A DNA stretch of 64,000 nucleotides from Acidobacteriota bacterium (GTDB taxonomy: Bacteria; Acidobacteriota; UBA890; WLXD01): assembly GCA_965248695.1 (NCBI GenBank), contig CBDFKD010000002.1:3168001-3232000 (forward strand). Reading direction: 5' to 3'. The number at the start of each line of letters is the position of its first letter. Position 1 is the stretch's first letter. Below are positions 29,044-38,747 of the stretch, one piece after another. Below the pieces are notes generated by a model, which saw nothing but the letters and a program-made list of their open reading frames with translations, was not told the DNA's origin and ran no database searches. Made by a program: the position numbers and the translations under genes.

Positions 29044-29787
29044 ATGCTGAACGAACGCCAAGAAGCCCTGTGTTCCACGAGTCAATGGGACTTCTCCGAC
29101 CTGAATGCGCTGATCTTCAACTGCACGCTCAAGCGCACGCCCGAGATGTCACACACCCAGGGCCTGATCGACGTCGCGGCGGCGATCATGGAGAAGAACG
29201 GTGTCAGCGTCGAAACCATCCGACCGGTCGACTACTACCTCGCGCCCGGTGTGTATCCCGACATGACCGAGCAGGGGTTCGACAGGGACGACTGGCCGGC
29301 GCTGTACGAGAAGGTCAAGGAGGCCGAGATTCTCATCATCACCTCGCCCATCTGGCTGGGGGTGAAATCGTCCACCTGTACGGCGACTATCGAGCGGTTG
29401 TATGCCAGCTCCGGCGACCTAAACGAGAACGGCCAATACGCCTACTACGGCAAGGTCGGCGGATGCCTCATCACCGACAACGACGACGGCGCCAAGCACT
29501 GCGCCATGGACATCCTCTATTGCCTGCAGCACCTCGGCTACGTCATCCCGCCGCAGGCCGATGCATGCTGGTTGGGTGAGGCCGGGCCCGGACCTTCGTA
29601 TCTCGACGAGGGGTCCGGTGGGCCGGAGAACGACTTCACCCAGCGAAATACCACGTTCCTGACCTGGAATTTGCTGCACATGGCGCGCATGCTCAAGGAC
29701 GCTGGCGGCATCCCGGCACACGGAAACCAGCGCTCCGCCTGGGAGGCCGGCTGCCGCTTCGACCACCCGAACCCGGAGTACCGCTGA
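29044..29787 (+). CDS. Flavodoxin-like / NADPH-dependent FMN reductase family protein
   Basis: NCTLKRTPEMSHT, SPIWLG, IPPQAD.WLGEAGPGPSY and NTTFLTWNLLH motifs. Confidence 0.85.
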   Translation: MLNERQEALCSTSQWDFSDLNALIFNCTLKRTPEMSHTQGLIDVAAAIMEKNGVSVETIRPVDYYLAPGVYPDMTEQGFDRDDWPALYEKVKEAEILIITSPIWLGVKSSTCTATIERLYASSGDLNENGQYAYYGKVGGCLITDNDDGAKHCAMDILYCLQHLGYVIPPQADACWLGEAGPGPSYLDEGSGGPENDFTQRNTTFLTWNLLHMARMLKDAGGIPAHGNQRSAWEAGCRFDHPNPEYR

Positions 29788-29871
29788 GAAAGTGCTTTCG
29801 ACCGCGGCAGCCACTCAGGGGAACGACCCAGCAGAAAACGGAGCACTACCCAAACCCGGAGGTCACACGCG

Positions 29872-31782
29872 ATGCGCCACGATTCGATCACCATCCTGCG
29901 GATCGCCGTTGTTGCGATGATGTGCGCGCCGGCCCTGGCCCTGCCCGCGACCCGGCAGCAGGCGTCCGAGCAGCAGGAGGGTGTGTTGACGACCATCGCT
30001 CCCTTCGGCAGCTTCGGACACATTTACGACGAGAACAGCATCGAGGGCATGCGACCGCGGATCATGGGGTCGCATGGGGCGATCTCCACCGGCCACTACC
30101 TCGCCACCACCGCAGGTCTGGAGATGCTCAAGGCCGGCGGCAACGCATTCGACGCCGGGGTCACCGCAGCGATGGCGTTGAAGGTGACGAAGATGGCCTA
30201 TGCCGGCTGGACGGGCGTCGCGCCGCTGATCCTCTACAGCGCCGAAGAAGACCGGGTGGTGACGCGCGTCGGCGCCGGTCGTAGCCCAGAGTTGGCGACG
30301 CTCGACCATTTCCTGCAACACGGCAAGACCGCGATCAACACCGCGCTGGTGCCGGCGGACGTCGACGTCTGGCTTGCGGCGCTCGACCGCTACGGGACCA
30401 TCAGCTTCGCCGAGTCGGCACGACCGGCGCTCGAGATCGCCGAGAACGGCTACCACCTGTACAAGATGCAGAAGTGGCTGGTGGAGGAGTACGCGGAGAA
30501 CATCCTGGAGTTCCCCTACAACGTCGACTTCTGGTTCCAGCACGGCGCGGGTCCACCGAAGCTCGGAGACCTCATGGTCAACGCCGATCTCGGCAAGCTG
30601 ATCCGCACGATGATCACCGCCGAGGAGAAGGCGCTGGCGAGCGGCGCCACTCGCTCAGCCGGTATTCGAGCCGCAAGGGACGTCTTCTACAAGGGCGAAC
30701 CGGCGCGCGCAGTTGATCGCTACTTCAGGGACCAGGACGGGCTGATGCGCTATGCGGACCTGGCGGACTACGAGGGTGCGTGGACGGAGCCGGTCCACAC
30801 TGAGTTCATGGGGTATGACGTTTACGTCGGCGATGGTTGGTCGCAGGGACCGAGGATGATCCTGTTTCTCAACATCCTCGAGAGCTTCGACCTGCGCTCG
30901 CTGGGGTACAACACGGCCGCCTACATTCACCTCATCTCGCAGGCGATCAACCTGGGAATGGCAGATTCCCACAAGTACGTCGGCGATCCGGAAATGGTCG
31001 ACATTCCGGACAACCTGTATTCAAAGGCCTACGCGCGTCGACGCGCCGAGCTCATCGACATGCACGAGGCGTTCGGCGACATGCCGCCGTGGGGAGATCC
31101 GGTCAACATGCTGGCGGTCGCGCCCGACTCTCCGGAGGACTTCCGCGCCGAGCCGTCGGCGGCCACGGAGCCTGCGGTCGGGAGCAGCCTGCCGGGGCTC
31201 GATACCACATCGCTGAACGTCATCGATGCGGCCGGCAACTTGTTCTCGATGACCGAGAGCGACGGCCATGCCGACACCCCGATGATCCCCGGATGGGGCT
31301 TCGGCCTCGGTGGCCGCATGGGGCAGTTCAACCTCGACCCGAGCGTCGCCAACGTCATGGCGCCCAGGAAACGGCCGCGCAACACCAACAGCCCGGTCTT
31401 GCTGATGCGAGACGGTGTGGCGTTCATGGGCCTCTCGACACCGGGTGGCGATCAGCAGATGCAGGCACTGCTGCAGGTCATCCTGAACGTCGTGCTGTGG
31501 GGAATGTCACCGGAACAGGCGCTAGACCAGCCGAGGTTCGGCAGCTACAACTTCCCGTCAACCGGCTCGGAGATCAACCGCAGTCCGGCGAAGCTGAGAA
31601 TCGAAGACCGCATCCCAGTCGAGACCGCTGATGCCCTCCGGAGCCTGGGACATGACGTCGAATCCTGGGGGCGCTGGAACTGGCGTGCCTGTGCCCCGAC
31701 GGTGAGCTATCGCGATCCGGACAGCGGCGTGTTGATCGCCGCCGGCGACGTGCGACGGGAAACGACGTCGCTCGCCTACTGA
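29872..31782 (+). CDS. ggt: Gamma-glutamyltransferase family protein, secreted
   Basis: GGNAFDAGV, N-terminal nucleophile DTTSL, PRKRP and STPGGDQQ motifs. Confidence 0.88.
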   Translation: MRHDSITILRIAVVAMMCAPALALPATRQQASEQQEGVLTTIAPFGSFGHIYDENSIEGMRPRIMGSHGAISTGHYLATTAGLEMLKAGGNAFDAGVTAAMALKVTKMAYAGWTGVAPLILYSAEEDRVVTRVGAGRSPELATLDHFLQHGKTAINTALVPADVDVWLAALDRYGTISFAESARPALEIAENGYHLYKMQKWLVEEYAENILEFPYNVDFWFQHGAGPPKLGDLMVNADLGKLIRTMITAEEKALASGATRSAGIRAARDVFYKGEPARAVDRYFRDQDGLMRYADLADYEGAWTEPVHTEFMGYDVYVGDGWSQGPRMILFLNILESFDLRSLGYNTAAYIHLISQAINLGMADSHKYVGDPEMVDIPDNLYSKAYARRRAELIDMHEAFGDMPPWGDPVNMLAVAPDSPEDFRAEPSAATEPAVGSSLPGLDTTSLNVIDAAGNLFSMTESDGHADTPMIPGWGFGLGGRMGQFNLDPSVANVMAPRKRPRNTNSPVLLMRDGVAFMGLSTPGGDQQMQALLQVILNVVLWGMSPEQALDQPRFGSYNFPSTGSEINRSPAKLRIEDRIPVETADALRSLGHDVESWGRWNWRACAPTVSYRDPDSGVLIAAGDVRRETTSLAY

Positions 31783-31810
31783 CCGTCTGCGGCGCTCGAC
31801 GGCGTCCGTG

Positions 31811-32722
31811 TTACCGGCGCTGATGGTCCAACCAGGCGTCGATGAGACTGCGCGAGATCGAGATCTGGGGCGACAGGCGCAGCGTACCGGCATCCACCGC
31901 GGTGGCGATCTCGTGGCGCGTGAACCAACGCGCGTCTTCGAGCTCCTGGTCGCCCAGCGTGATCGTGTCGGACTCGGCGACGGCCGCAAATCCCAGCATC
32001 AGCGAGGCCGGAAACGGCCATGGCTGCGAGCTGGCATAGCGCACCTCCCGGCACACGATGCCGGACTCCTCCAGCACCTCGCGGCGCACGGAGTCTTCGA
32101 GGCTTTCGCCGGGCTCGACGAAACCGGCGAGCACCGAGTACCAGCGTTTCGGCCACGCTGCCTGGCGGCCGAGGAGTATGCGGTCGTCGTGCACGACGCG
32201 CACGATGATCGCCGGGTCGGTGCGCGGAAAGTGTTGTCGGGCGCATTCGGGGTCGCCACAGCGTCGCAGCCACCCACCTTGGAGCGAATCGGCGGCGGCA
32301 CCGCAAGCGCCACAGAACCGATGCGTGGCGTGCCAGTGGGACACCGCACGCGCGTAGGCCAGCCAGCCGGCATCAGGCGATGTCATCATGGGACCGACTT
32401 GGCGCAGGTCGGCGAAGGCGCCGCCCTCGAGCCGTCCGACATCTGGCTCTGGTGTGTCGGGCAGCAACACGGCAAAACAGGCCCGATCGCCATCGGCCAG
32501 ACCCAGGAAGACGGTTTCATCCAGCGGCAGGTCGAGCGAAAGATCTGCCACGTGCAGCAGGGCTGCGACCGGATTGTCGGCGCCGATCACCAGGCTCTGA
32601 CCACGCCAGACCGGCACCAGCACCGACGTCGGATCGTCTAGCCGGCGCTGCAGCCAGTCTGCGTCCAGGCGCAGATGCGCGGCGCGATCGATCCAGGAGC
32701 TCGAATAGAAGTGCTGTGTCAC
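31811..32722 (-). CDS. nudC: NAD(+)/NADH diphosphatase
   Basis: RFCGACG zinc ribbon, FPRTDPAII, AGFVEPGESLEDSVRREVLEESG Nudix box and SQPWPFPAS. Confidence 0.93.
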   Translation of the reverse strand: MTQHFYSSSWIDRAAHLRLDADWLQRRLDDPTSVLVPVWRGQSLVIGADNPVAALLHVADLSLDLPLDETVFLGLADGDRACFAVLLPDTPEPDVGRLEGGAFADLRQVGPMMTSPDAGWLAYARAVSHWHATHRFCGACGAAADSLQGGWLRRCGDPECARQHFPRTDPAIIVRVVHDDRILLGRQAAWPKRWYSVLAGFVEPGESLEDSVRREVLEESGIVCREVRYASSQPWPFPASLMLGFAAVAESDTITLGDQELEDARWFTRHEIATAVDAGTLRLSPQISISRSLIDAWLDHQRR

Positions 32723-32728
32723 ATGCCC

Positions 32729-32735
32729 TATGGTA
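32729..32735. promoter_or_regulatory. Overlapping divergent -10 boxes (leaderless type)
   Basis: TATGGT on + lies 7 nt before ATG 32742; TACCAT on - lies 7 nt before GTG 32722. Confidence 0.55.
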
Positions 32736-32741
32736 CCCGCC

Positions 32742-33893
32742 ATGCCCACCTACCCTGGTGTAGCTCGCTCGGTGACCGGCATGGAGGGCTCGCTGTTCTC
32801 CAAGCTGGCTCATCGTCTCAAGCAGATGAAAGGCGATGTATACCCACTCCACGTCGGCGACACGTGGATGGAGCCCGCCGAGGGCTGCCGCATGCAGGAT
32901 CTGCGGGTAGACGACCACCCCGGTATGCATCGCTATTCGTCGCCGCACGGGATGCCGCGGCTTATCTCGGGTGTGGTTGAGCGACAACGGGCGCGGGTCG
33001 GGGTCGAGACGACGCCTGCCAACGTGCTCATCGCCGCCGGCGCCACGGGTGCGCTGGGCGCGGCGGTCGGAGCGACCGTCGATCCGGGCGAGGAGGTCCT
33101 GCTTCTGGCGCCATACTGGCCGCTGTTCGCCGGGATCGTCCAGTCGTTCTCGGGAAAGCCGGTAGCGGTGCCGTTCATCGGGCTCGCCGAGTCCCCGGAG
33201 GCTGCAGTCGAGGTCCTCGAGACCAAGCGCTCCGCCCGCTCGGCGGCAATCTACCTGAGCACGCCAAACAATCCGACCGGCCGCGTGATCTCGGCACCGA
33301 TTGTCGCGGCGGTGGTCGAGTGGGCGAGACGCCATGATCTGTGGATCTTCGCTGACGAGGTGTATGAGGACTACGTCTACCGTGGCGAGCATTGCTACGC
33401 GCGCACCCTGGCGCCGGAGCGCACGTTTTCGGTGCACTCGTTCTCCAAAGCGTACGGAATGGCGGGCAACCGTTGTGGCTATGTCGTGGGTCCGGCAGAG
33501 CACATGCGGGAGGTGCGCAAGGTGAGCCTGCACAGCTTCTACAGCACACCCACGGCGTCGCAGATCGCGGCGGCGAACGCCCTCGACGGGCGCGGCGATG
33601 CCTGGGTTGCCGCCGCCAGGCCCGTGTATCGCGAGCTGGGTGACGAGATGGCCGCAGTGCTCGGCGTGACGCCGCCCGAAGGGAGCCAGTTCCTTTGGGT
33701 CGACGTCGCCGACCGACTCGACGAGCGTGGCCTGATGGGCTTCCTCGAGGACTGTCTCGACGACGGTGTGCTGGTGGCCCCGGGGCCCAGCTTCGGCCCC
33801 TATCCGACCCACGTCCGCGTCTGCTTTACGGCCGCCGCCCCCGAGCGCACGCGGCGCGGCATGCAGATACTGGCGCGGCACCTCGGCAGATAG
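32742..33893 (+). CDS. PLP-dependent aminotransferase class I/II
   Basis: PNNPTG, ADEVYE, SFSKAYGMAGNRCGY and VRVCF motifs. Confidence 0.92.
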   Translation: MPTYPGVARSVTGMEGSLFSKLAHRLKQMKGDVYPLHVGDTWMEPAEGCRMQDLRVDDHPGMHRYSSPHGMPRLISGVVERQRARVGVETTPANVLIAAGATGALGAAVGATVDPGEEVLLLAPYWPLFAGIVQSFSGKPVAVPFIGLAESPEAAVEVLETKRSARSAAIYLSTPNNPTGRVISAPIVAAVVEWARRHDLWIFADEVYEDYVYRGEHCYARTLAPERTFSVHSFSKAYGMAGNRCGYVVGPAEHMREVRKVSLHSFYSTPTASQIAAANALDGRGDAWVAAARPVYRELGDEMAAVLGVTPPEGSQFLWVDVADRLDERGLMGFLEDCLDDGVLVAPGPSFGPYPTHVRVCFTAAAPERTRRGMQILARHLGR

Positions 33894-33920
33894 CCGGGCG
33901 GGAGTAGCCTCGGCAGATCG

Positions 33921-35186
33921 TCAGAAACTGAATCCGAGGCCAAAGTGCACCCGGGTATCGCCCTCGAGGTTGTTGGCAACGTCGAGGTTCAGGCGCACCA
34001 AGGGCGCCACCAGAAAAACGCCCGCTCCAACGCCGTTCTCGAACTGGGCCCGTGATATCGGCAGTCCATAGGAATAGGCCGTCGCGATGTCCCAGAAGAC
34101 GCTGAAGCCAACGCGGGCGACGCTGAACGACGTAGTCACCGGGACGCGGATCTCGGCACCTCCGAACGCCACGTTGTCGCCGCCCAGCGCCCCGGCTCGA
34201 TACCCCCGCAACGACACCATGCCACCCACGTACGGTCGCTCGTAGGCCGGCAGGGGGGCATCGGTCGTATGCAAGACCGCGCGCGTCGCCAGCACCGCCT
34301 GACCGACGAGCGTCTTGTAGGTGGCGAGCTCGAATCGGAATCGATTCGCATCCGCGCCCGTCGCCGGATCGACGCGCTGCCAACCAACGCGGGCGACCAC
34401 TGCATCGTAGGGAAACGAGACGTTGGGACGTGTGTCGAAGCTGAGTCCGGCCCCGTAGGTCCACAAGCTCTCGCTCACACCTCCGAACTCGACATCGGCA
34501 TACGCGCCCTCGAATCGAGCCCTCACGGCGTCGCTGAAGCGGCGCTCGACGAACACCGCGCCCCCGAGACGAGTGTCGTCGACGCGAGCGTGTGGGTTCT
34601 CGAACCGTCGGGCGCTCACTGTGCCTCCGACTCGATAGCCGCTGTCCCAGTCGCGCGTCACTTCGATCGCCACCTGGTCGACGCCGCCGTAGGTCACCGG
34701 AATGGAGATCAGCTCGCCACCACCGAGCAGGCTCTTGGCGGCGACGCGGCCGCCAAAGCTGAATTTCTCGTTCTCGTTGTACAGCAGCTCCGGCAGCAGC
34801 AGCAGCTTGTCGCTAGCCGAAGTCCGCTGCTGAACCGACAACACCAGCATCACGCGGTCGGTCGGGGTCAGCGACCGATAACGTCTGAGCACCTCGACCG
34901 CGCCGAAACGACCGCTGTCGAGAAGCCGCTGTCTGATGCCTGCCACATCCGCCACCGTGACGCGGTCACCCACCACAACGCCCGCTATTAGCAGCACCTC
35001 CTCATCGGACAGCGAGTAGTTGCCGTGGACACGCAACTCCACCACCAGCTCCGACGGTGGCGTGGTCGTCGCCTGTGAGATTGCCGGCAGCGCCGGACTC
35101 AGCGCCGCCGCTGTCGTCAGGAGCAGCGACCCGAGTCGTCGCGTCCGGCCGCCGCGTCGCACCGTTAAGCCGACGCTATCGACCAT
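33921..35186 (-). CDS. Omp85/BamA-TamA-like outer membrane protein with a single POTRA domain
   Basis: Signal peptide; POTRA (VHGNYSLSDEEV...LLDSGRF); GGMVSLRGY lid motif; C-terminal FGLGFSF. Confidence 0.85.
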   Translation of the reverse strand: MVDSVGLTVRRGGRTRRLGSLLLTTAAALSPALPAISQATTTPPSELVVELRVHGNYSLSDEEVLLIAGVVVGDRVTVADVAGIRQRLLDSGRFGAVEVLRRYRSLTPTDRVMLVLSVQQRTSASDKLLLLPELLYNENEKFSFGGRVAAKSLLGGGELISIPVTYGGVDQVAIEVTRDWDSGYRVGGTVSARRFENPHARVDDTRLGGAVFVERRFSDAVRARFEGAYADVEFGGVSESLWTYGAGLSFDTRPNVSFPYDAVVARVGWQRVDPATGADANRFRFELATYKTLVGQAVLATRAVLHTTDAPLPAYERPYVGGMVSLRGYRAGALGGDNVAFGGAEIRVPVTTSFSVARVGFSVFWDIATAYSYGLPISRAQFENGVGAGVFLVAPLVRLNLDVANNLEGDTRVHFGLGFSF

Positions 35187-36150
35187 CCTGTTGCTCCAGG
35201 CCCGGGATACGGAACCTGACCGTCGCAGCGACGTCGGCCTCCCGGTAGTCGAAGTACTCGAGCGCGTAGCCGATGTCGTACGAGCCATTGGCGAACGTCG
35301 CCTCTCCCAGGGCGTGGATCTCCCGAGGCAACCAGACGTCCTCCTCCGGAAACGGCTTGTGCATGACCATCTCGGCACCGATGTCGCCAACCTGCACCAG
35401 CCACCGCAGCGGCATGAAATCGAGCCCGATGTTGTCGTAGGCGATCTTGATGATCTGGTGCTCTTCGGCGAGCACCCACATGGTCACTACCGAGGTCTTC
35501 TGGAACCGGTGCGCCCATTCGAGGTCGTCGTCGTCGGGTTCCTCCTCGTCATCGTCCTCGAAGAGCTTCTTCGGGTAGTACTCGATCTTCACGAGGTTCA
35601 TGCCCTCGAACTCCTCCCAGCCGGCCACGTAGTAGTTACCCGGCTCGAACGGGAATCCGAGAAAGTAATCGCGCTCGAGCGCCTGCTCGTCGCCCGACTC
35701 GGCGGCGTCGGCGCGCTCCTGACGCTTCTCGGCGCGCTTCTCCTGACGCTCCCGAGCGCGACGCAGCCAGTCGCGCTCGAACTTCTCGCGCTCGTCGTCG
35801 CCGACCGAATGTCCGTCGATCCGGTCGGGGCTGCGAATCATGAAGCCGTCGCGCACGTACCACGTGTACTCGCCCCGATAACTGCCCAGGGGCACCGCAG
35901 CCGGACCCGTGACCTCGAAGCTCTCACGGTCGCGGACGGTATAGCGGTAGAGGTCCTCCCAGTTGGTCACCCGCCGCTCGAGGACCTTTTGCATGAACAG
36001 ATCGATATCCGGCTCCTGCTGCGCCGGTGCCGTCGTGACGGCGGAGGCAGGCGTCAGCGCTGCCATGACCACGGCGGACAACGTCAGCGTCGTCATCACG
36101 AGGCTGGCCGCCGGCGTCGCCCTGGAAGTGGTGCTCCCAAGGAGCGTCAT
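35176..36150 (-). CDS. Hypothetical secreted protein coupled to the Omp85 gene
   Basis: 324 aa, signal peptide, beta-rich; its stop overlaps the Omp85 start region; GGAGG RBS. Confidence 0.8.
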   Translation of the reverse strand: MTLLGSTTSRATPAASLVMTTLTLSAVVMAALTPASAVTTAPAQQEPDIDLFMQKVLERRVTNWEDLYRYTVRDRESFEVTGPAAVPLGSYRGEYTWYVRDGFMIRSPDRIDGHSVGDDEREKFERDWLRRARERQEKRAEKRQERADAAESGDEQALERDYFLGFPFEPGNYYVAGWEEFEGMNLVKIEYYPKKLFEDDDEEEPDDDDLEWAHRFQKTSVVTMWVLAEEHQIIKIAYDNIGLDFMPLRWLVQVGDIGAEMVMHKPFPEEDVWLPREIHALGEATFANGSYDIGYALEYFDYREADVAATVRFRIPGLEQQDGR

Positions 36151-36408
36151 GTGAACCTCCGCGAGATTCGGGACTCGTCAGAACTACGAACGGTGCGCGG
36201 AGAGGTTTCGGCGCACCCCGGGACCATGTTCGCGCGAATCAGCCCGCTGAGCACGTCCTCGTGGCGTACTCGGTCCGGGGTGCTATTAATTTAGCAGTAC
36301 GCTATTTTTCTAACACTACGGGGGGTTTCCGTTACCCGGCACCACGTGGCCTGGTCCATCCGCCCTCGATCCCTTGCCTGGAGAGCCGCAATTGCCTGGA
36401 GAGCCGCA

Positions 36409-37479
36409 ATGCGAAACGCAATCGTCCGCCTCGGCGCGCCTACCGCCATCATCTTCCTGATGGGATCTGCGCCGGCGCCTGGCTTCCACACCCTCGAGCT
36501 GGCGGCGGAACGGGTGTCCGACGACGAACGTACTTCGCTGGGGCAGCACCGACAGCGAAGACGCGCCGACTACGACCTGAACGAGCTCCGCGTCATGCTG
36601 ACGAGCAGCGACGCCGCCGAGCGCGCGCTGGGCGCGTGCCGGCTCGGCGACATGCGCTCGCGCGGCGCAGCGTTGATATCGGACCTGGTCGGGCTGCTGG
36701 CCGATGACACCCTGCTCACTCGTCACCCGTGCCGCGAAGACGAGGGTCGCGGCTACGGCAGCTCCGACGACAGCTGCGAGGACGGAGACTGCTGGCGCTA
36801 CACATCACCAGGGAAGGAAGCGGCGATTGCCCTGGCCGATATAGGCGGACCCGCCCTCGACGCGCTCATCGGCGCGCTCGATAGCAGAAGTGCCATCGTG
36901 CGACACAACGGCGCCCTCGGGCTCGGCCTCCTGGAGCAGAGGCGCGCCATCGAGCCGCTTGCAGACGCCCTGCAAGACGCCGAGGGCCGTGTACGCGCGC
37001 GCGTCGCATGGGCCCTCGGCATGATCGAGAGTGCCGACGGCGTTGCGGCGCTCGCTGCGGCCGCGGACGATCCGGAACCGAAAGTGCGTGAACAGGTTGC
37101 CTGGGCACTGGGCATGATCGAGAGTCGCAGGGGGGTTGACTCCGCGTCGACCCTGCTGGCGGACGACGATGCCGGAGTGCGGGAGCACGCGGCGTGGGCA
37201 CTGGGAATGATCGAGAGTCGCGACGCGGTAGCGGCACTGGTCAGGGCGCTAGGCACGGACGCGCACGCCGGGGTGCGCGAGCAAGCCGCCTGGGCGCTGG
37301 GAATGATCGATCCCAGCGCCGCGGCAGCGCTCGCGGACGCGCTCGAGGATGAGGACGTCGGGGTCCGCCGCCAGGCGATCTGGGCCCTGGGGATGGTGCT
37401 CGACGACGGCGACATCGACATCGACTATGCCGCCCTTTCGGACCGACTCCGTCGCGCGCTCGGACTCTCCCAACGCTAG
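36409..37479 (+). CDS. Exported HEAT-repeat protein
   Basis: Five or more repeats of VRExxAWALGMIES; signal-like N-terminus. Confidence 0.85.
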   Translation: MRNAIVRLGAPTAIIFLMGSAPAPGFHTLELAAERVSDDERTSLGQHRQRRRADYDLNELRVMLTSSDAAERALGACRLGDMRSRGAALISDLVGLLADDTLLTRHPCREDEGRGYGSSDDSCEDGDCWRYTSPGKEAAIALADIGGPALDALIGALDSRSAIVRHNGALGLGLLEQRRAIEPLADALQDAEGRVRARVAWALGMIESADGVAALAAAADDPEPKVREQVAWALGMIESRRGVDSASTLLADDDAGVREHAAWALGMIESRDAVAALVRALGTDAHAGVREQAAWALGMIDPSAAAALADALEDEDVGVRRQAIWALGMVLDDGDIDIDYAALSDRLRRALGLSQR

Positions 37480-37539
37480 TGGCCTGCCGCCTGGTTCGGG
37501 ATGCGGCACCGGATCGCTCCGGGGTGCTATAACAGTGGG

Positions 37540-38199
37540 ATGGGCAACGACGACGAAGGTCAAGCGGCAACGCGCCTGCCCGAGGTGTTGCCCATATTCC
37601 CGCTCTCGTCGGCGCTACTGCTTCCTGGATGCCGGCTGCCGCTGCGCATCTTCGAGCCGCGCTACCAGCAGATGGTCGAGGACGCCTTGGCGGGCGACCG
37701 GCTCATCGGGATGATCCAGCCGAGCAGTGCGGTGGCCGACGAGGCCGAGCCGAACCTGCAGTCGGTGGGTTGTGCCGGCCGCATCGCCTCGCTCAAGGAG
37801 GCCGAAGGAGGCCACTTCTTGATCAGCCTCGTCGGCGTATCGCGTTTCGAGGTCATTCGCGAGGTGGCTTCGGATCGACTCTACCGCCTCGTCGAGCCGC
37901 GCTGGGAACGCTTCACCTATGACACCGGCAGCACCCGGCCGGCAGCGATCGACCGCGAGGTGCTGGTGGCCAACCTGCGCGCGTACTTCGAAACCTACGG
38001 GCTGGAGGCTAACTGGCGAGCCATCGACGACAGCGGTGATGAGGAGTTGGTCAACTCCCTCGCCATGGTGTGTCCATTCGACAACGCAGAGAAGCAAGCG
38101 CTGCTCGAAGCACCGAGCCTGGAGCAGCGCAGCCAGCTGGTGATCGCGCTAATGAACATGGCGCTCCTGCAGGGCGGCGACTCGAGCACCGTGCACTGA
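37540..38199 (+). CDS. LON peptidase substrate-binding (N-domain-only) protein
   Basis: LPIFPL..LLLPG.LPLRIFEPRY..MV; GCAGRI; EKQALLEA. Confidence 0.9.
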   Translation: MGNDDEGQAATRLPEVLPIFPLSSALLLPGCRLPLRIFEPRYQQMVEDALAGDRLIGMIQPSSAVADEAEPNLQSVGCAGRIASLKEAEGGHFLISLVGVSRFEVIREVASDRLYRLVEPRWERFTYDTGSTRPAAIDREVLVANLRAYFETYGLEANWRAIDDSGDEELVNSLAMVCPFDNAEKQALLEAPSLEQRSQLVIALMNMALLQGGDSSTVH

Positions 38200-38729
38200 T
38201 GGGGCTGTTCGAGTGGGTTACCGGGCGCGCCGCGCGACCACAGGCCGACGACGCCGATGTCGAGACAGTGCGGCGCATCGCCCGTGAGCTCGATGAGATC
38301 GAGCCAGCGCAGGCGTGCTACGTGGCGTGTTTCGCCTACATCCTCGGCCGCGTGGCGCACGCCGATCTGAACATCAGCGACGACGAGACGCGTGCCATGG
38401 AAGCGTTGATCTGCGAGCGCGGCGGCTTGCCAGCTGACCAAGCCGCGCTGGTGGCGGCGATGGCCAAGCAACACAACGAGCTGTTCGGGGGGACCGAGAA
38501 CTTCCTGGTAACCCGGGAGTTCGAGCGTCTGGCGCAACGCGACCAGAAGTTGGCGCTACTCGACTGCCTGTTCGCGGTCTCGGCAAGCGACGGTTCGGTG
38601 TCCAGCGACGAGGACACCGAGGTGCGCAAGATTACCTCCGAGCTCAAGCTCGACCACCGGGACTTCATCGCAGCGCGATCGCGCTACCTGGAGCACCTCG
38701 AGGTGCTGAAGGACGAAACCGGGCCGTAG
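38199..38729 (+). CDS. TerB family protein
   Basis: AYILGRVAHADLNISDDE and LLDCLFAVSASDGSVSSDE; TGATG coupling to the upstream gene. Confidence 0.85.
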   Translation: MGLFEWVTGRAARPQADDADVETVRRIARELDEIEPAQACYVACFAYILGRVAHADLNISDDETRAMEALICERGGLPADQAALVAAMAKQHNELFGGTENFLVTREFERLAQRDQKLALLDCLFAVSASDGSVSSDEDTEVRKITSELKLDHRDFIAARSRYLEHLEVLKDETGP

Positions 38730-38747
38730 CAGCCCGTAGCAGGCCGT

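Noticed and set aside
36960-37400. CRISPR-like regularly spaced repeats (TGGGCxCTGGGxATGATCGA)
   Set aside because: These are codon-level HEAT repeats inside an ORF; no cas genes or unique spacers.
37476-37486. CTAGTGGCCTG at the HEAT gene stop, identical to the MITE left end
   Set aside because: Only 11 bp with no partner end; a footprint cannot be distinguished from chance.
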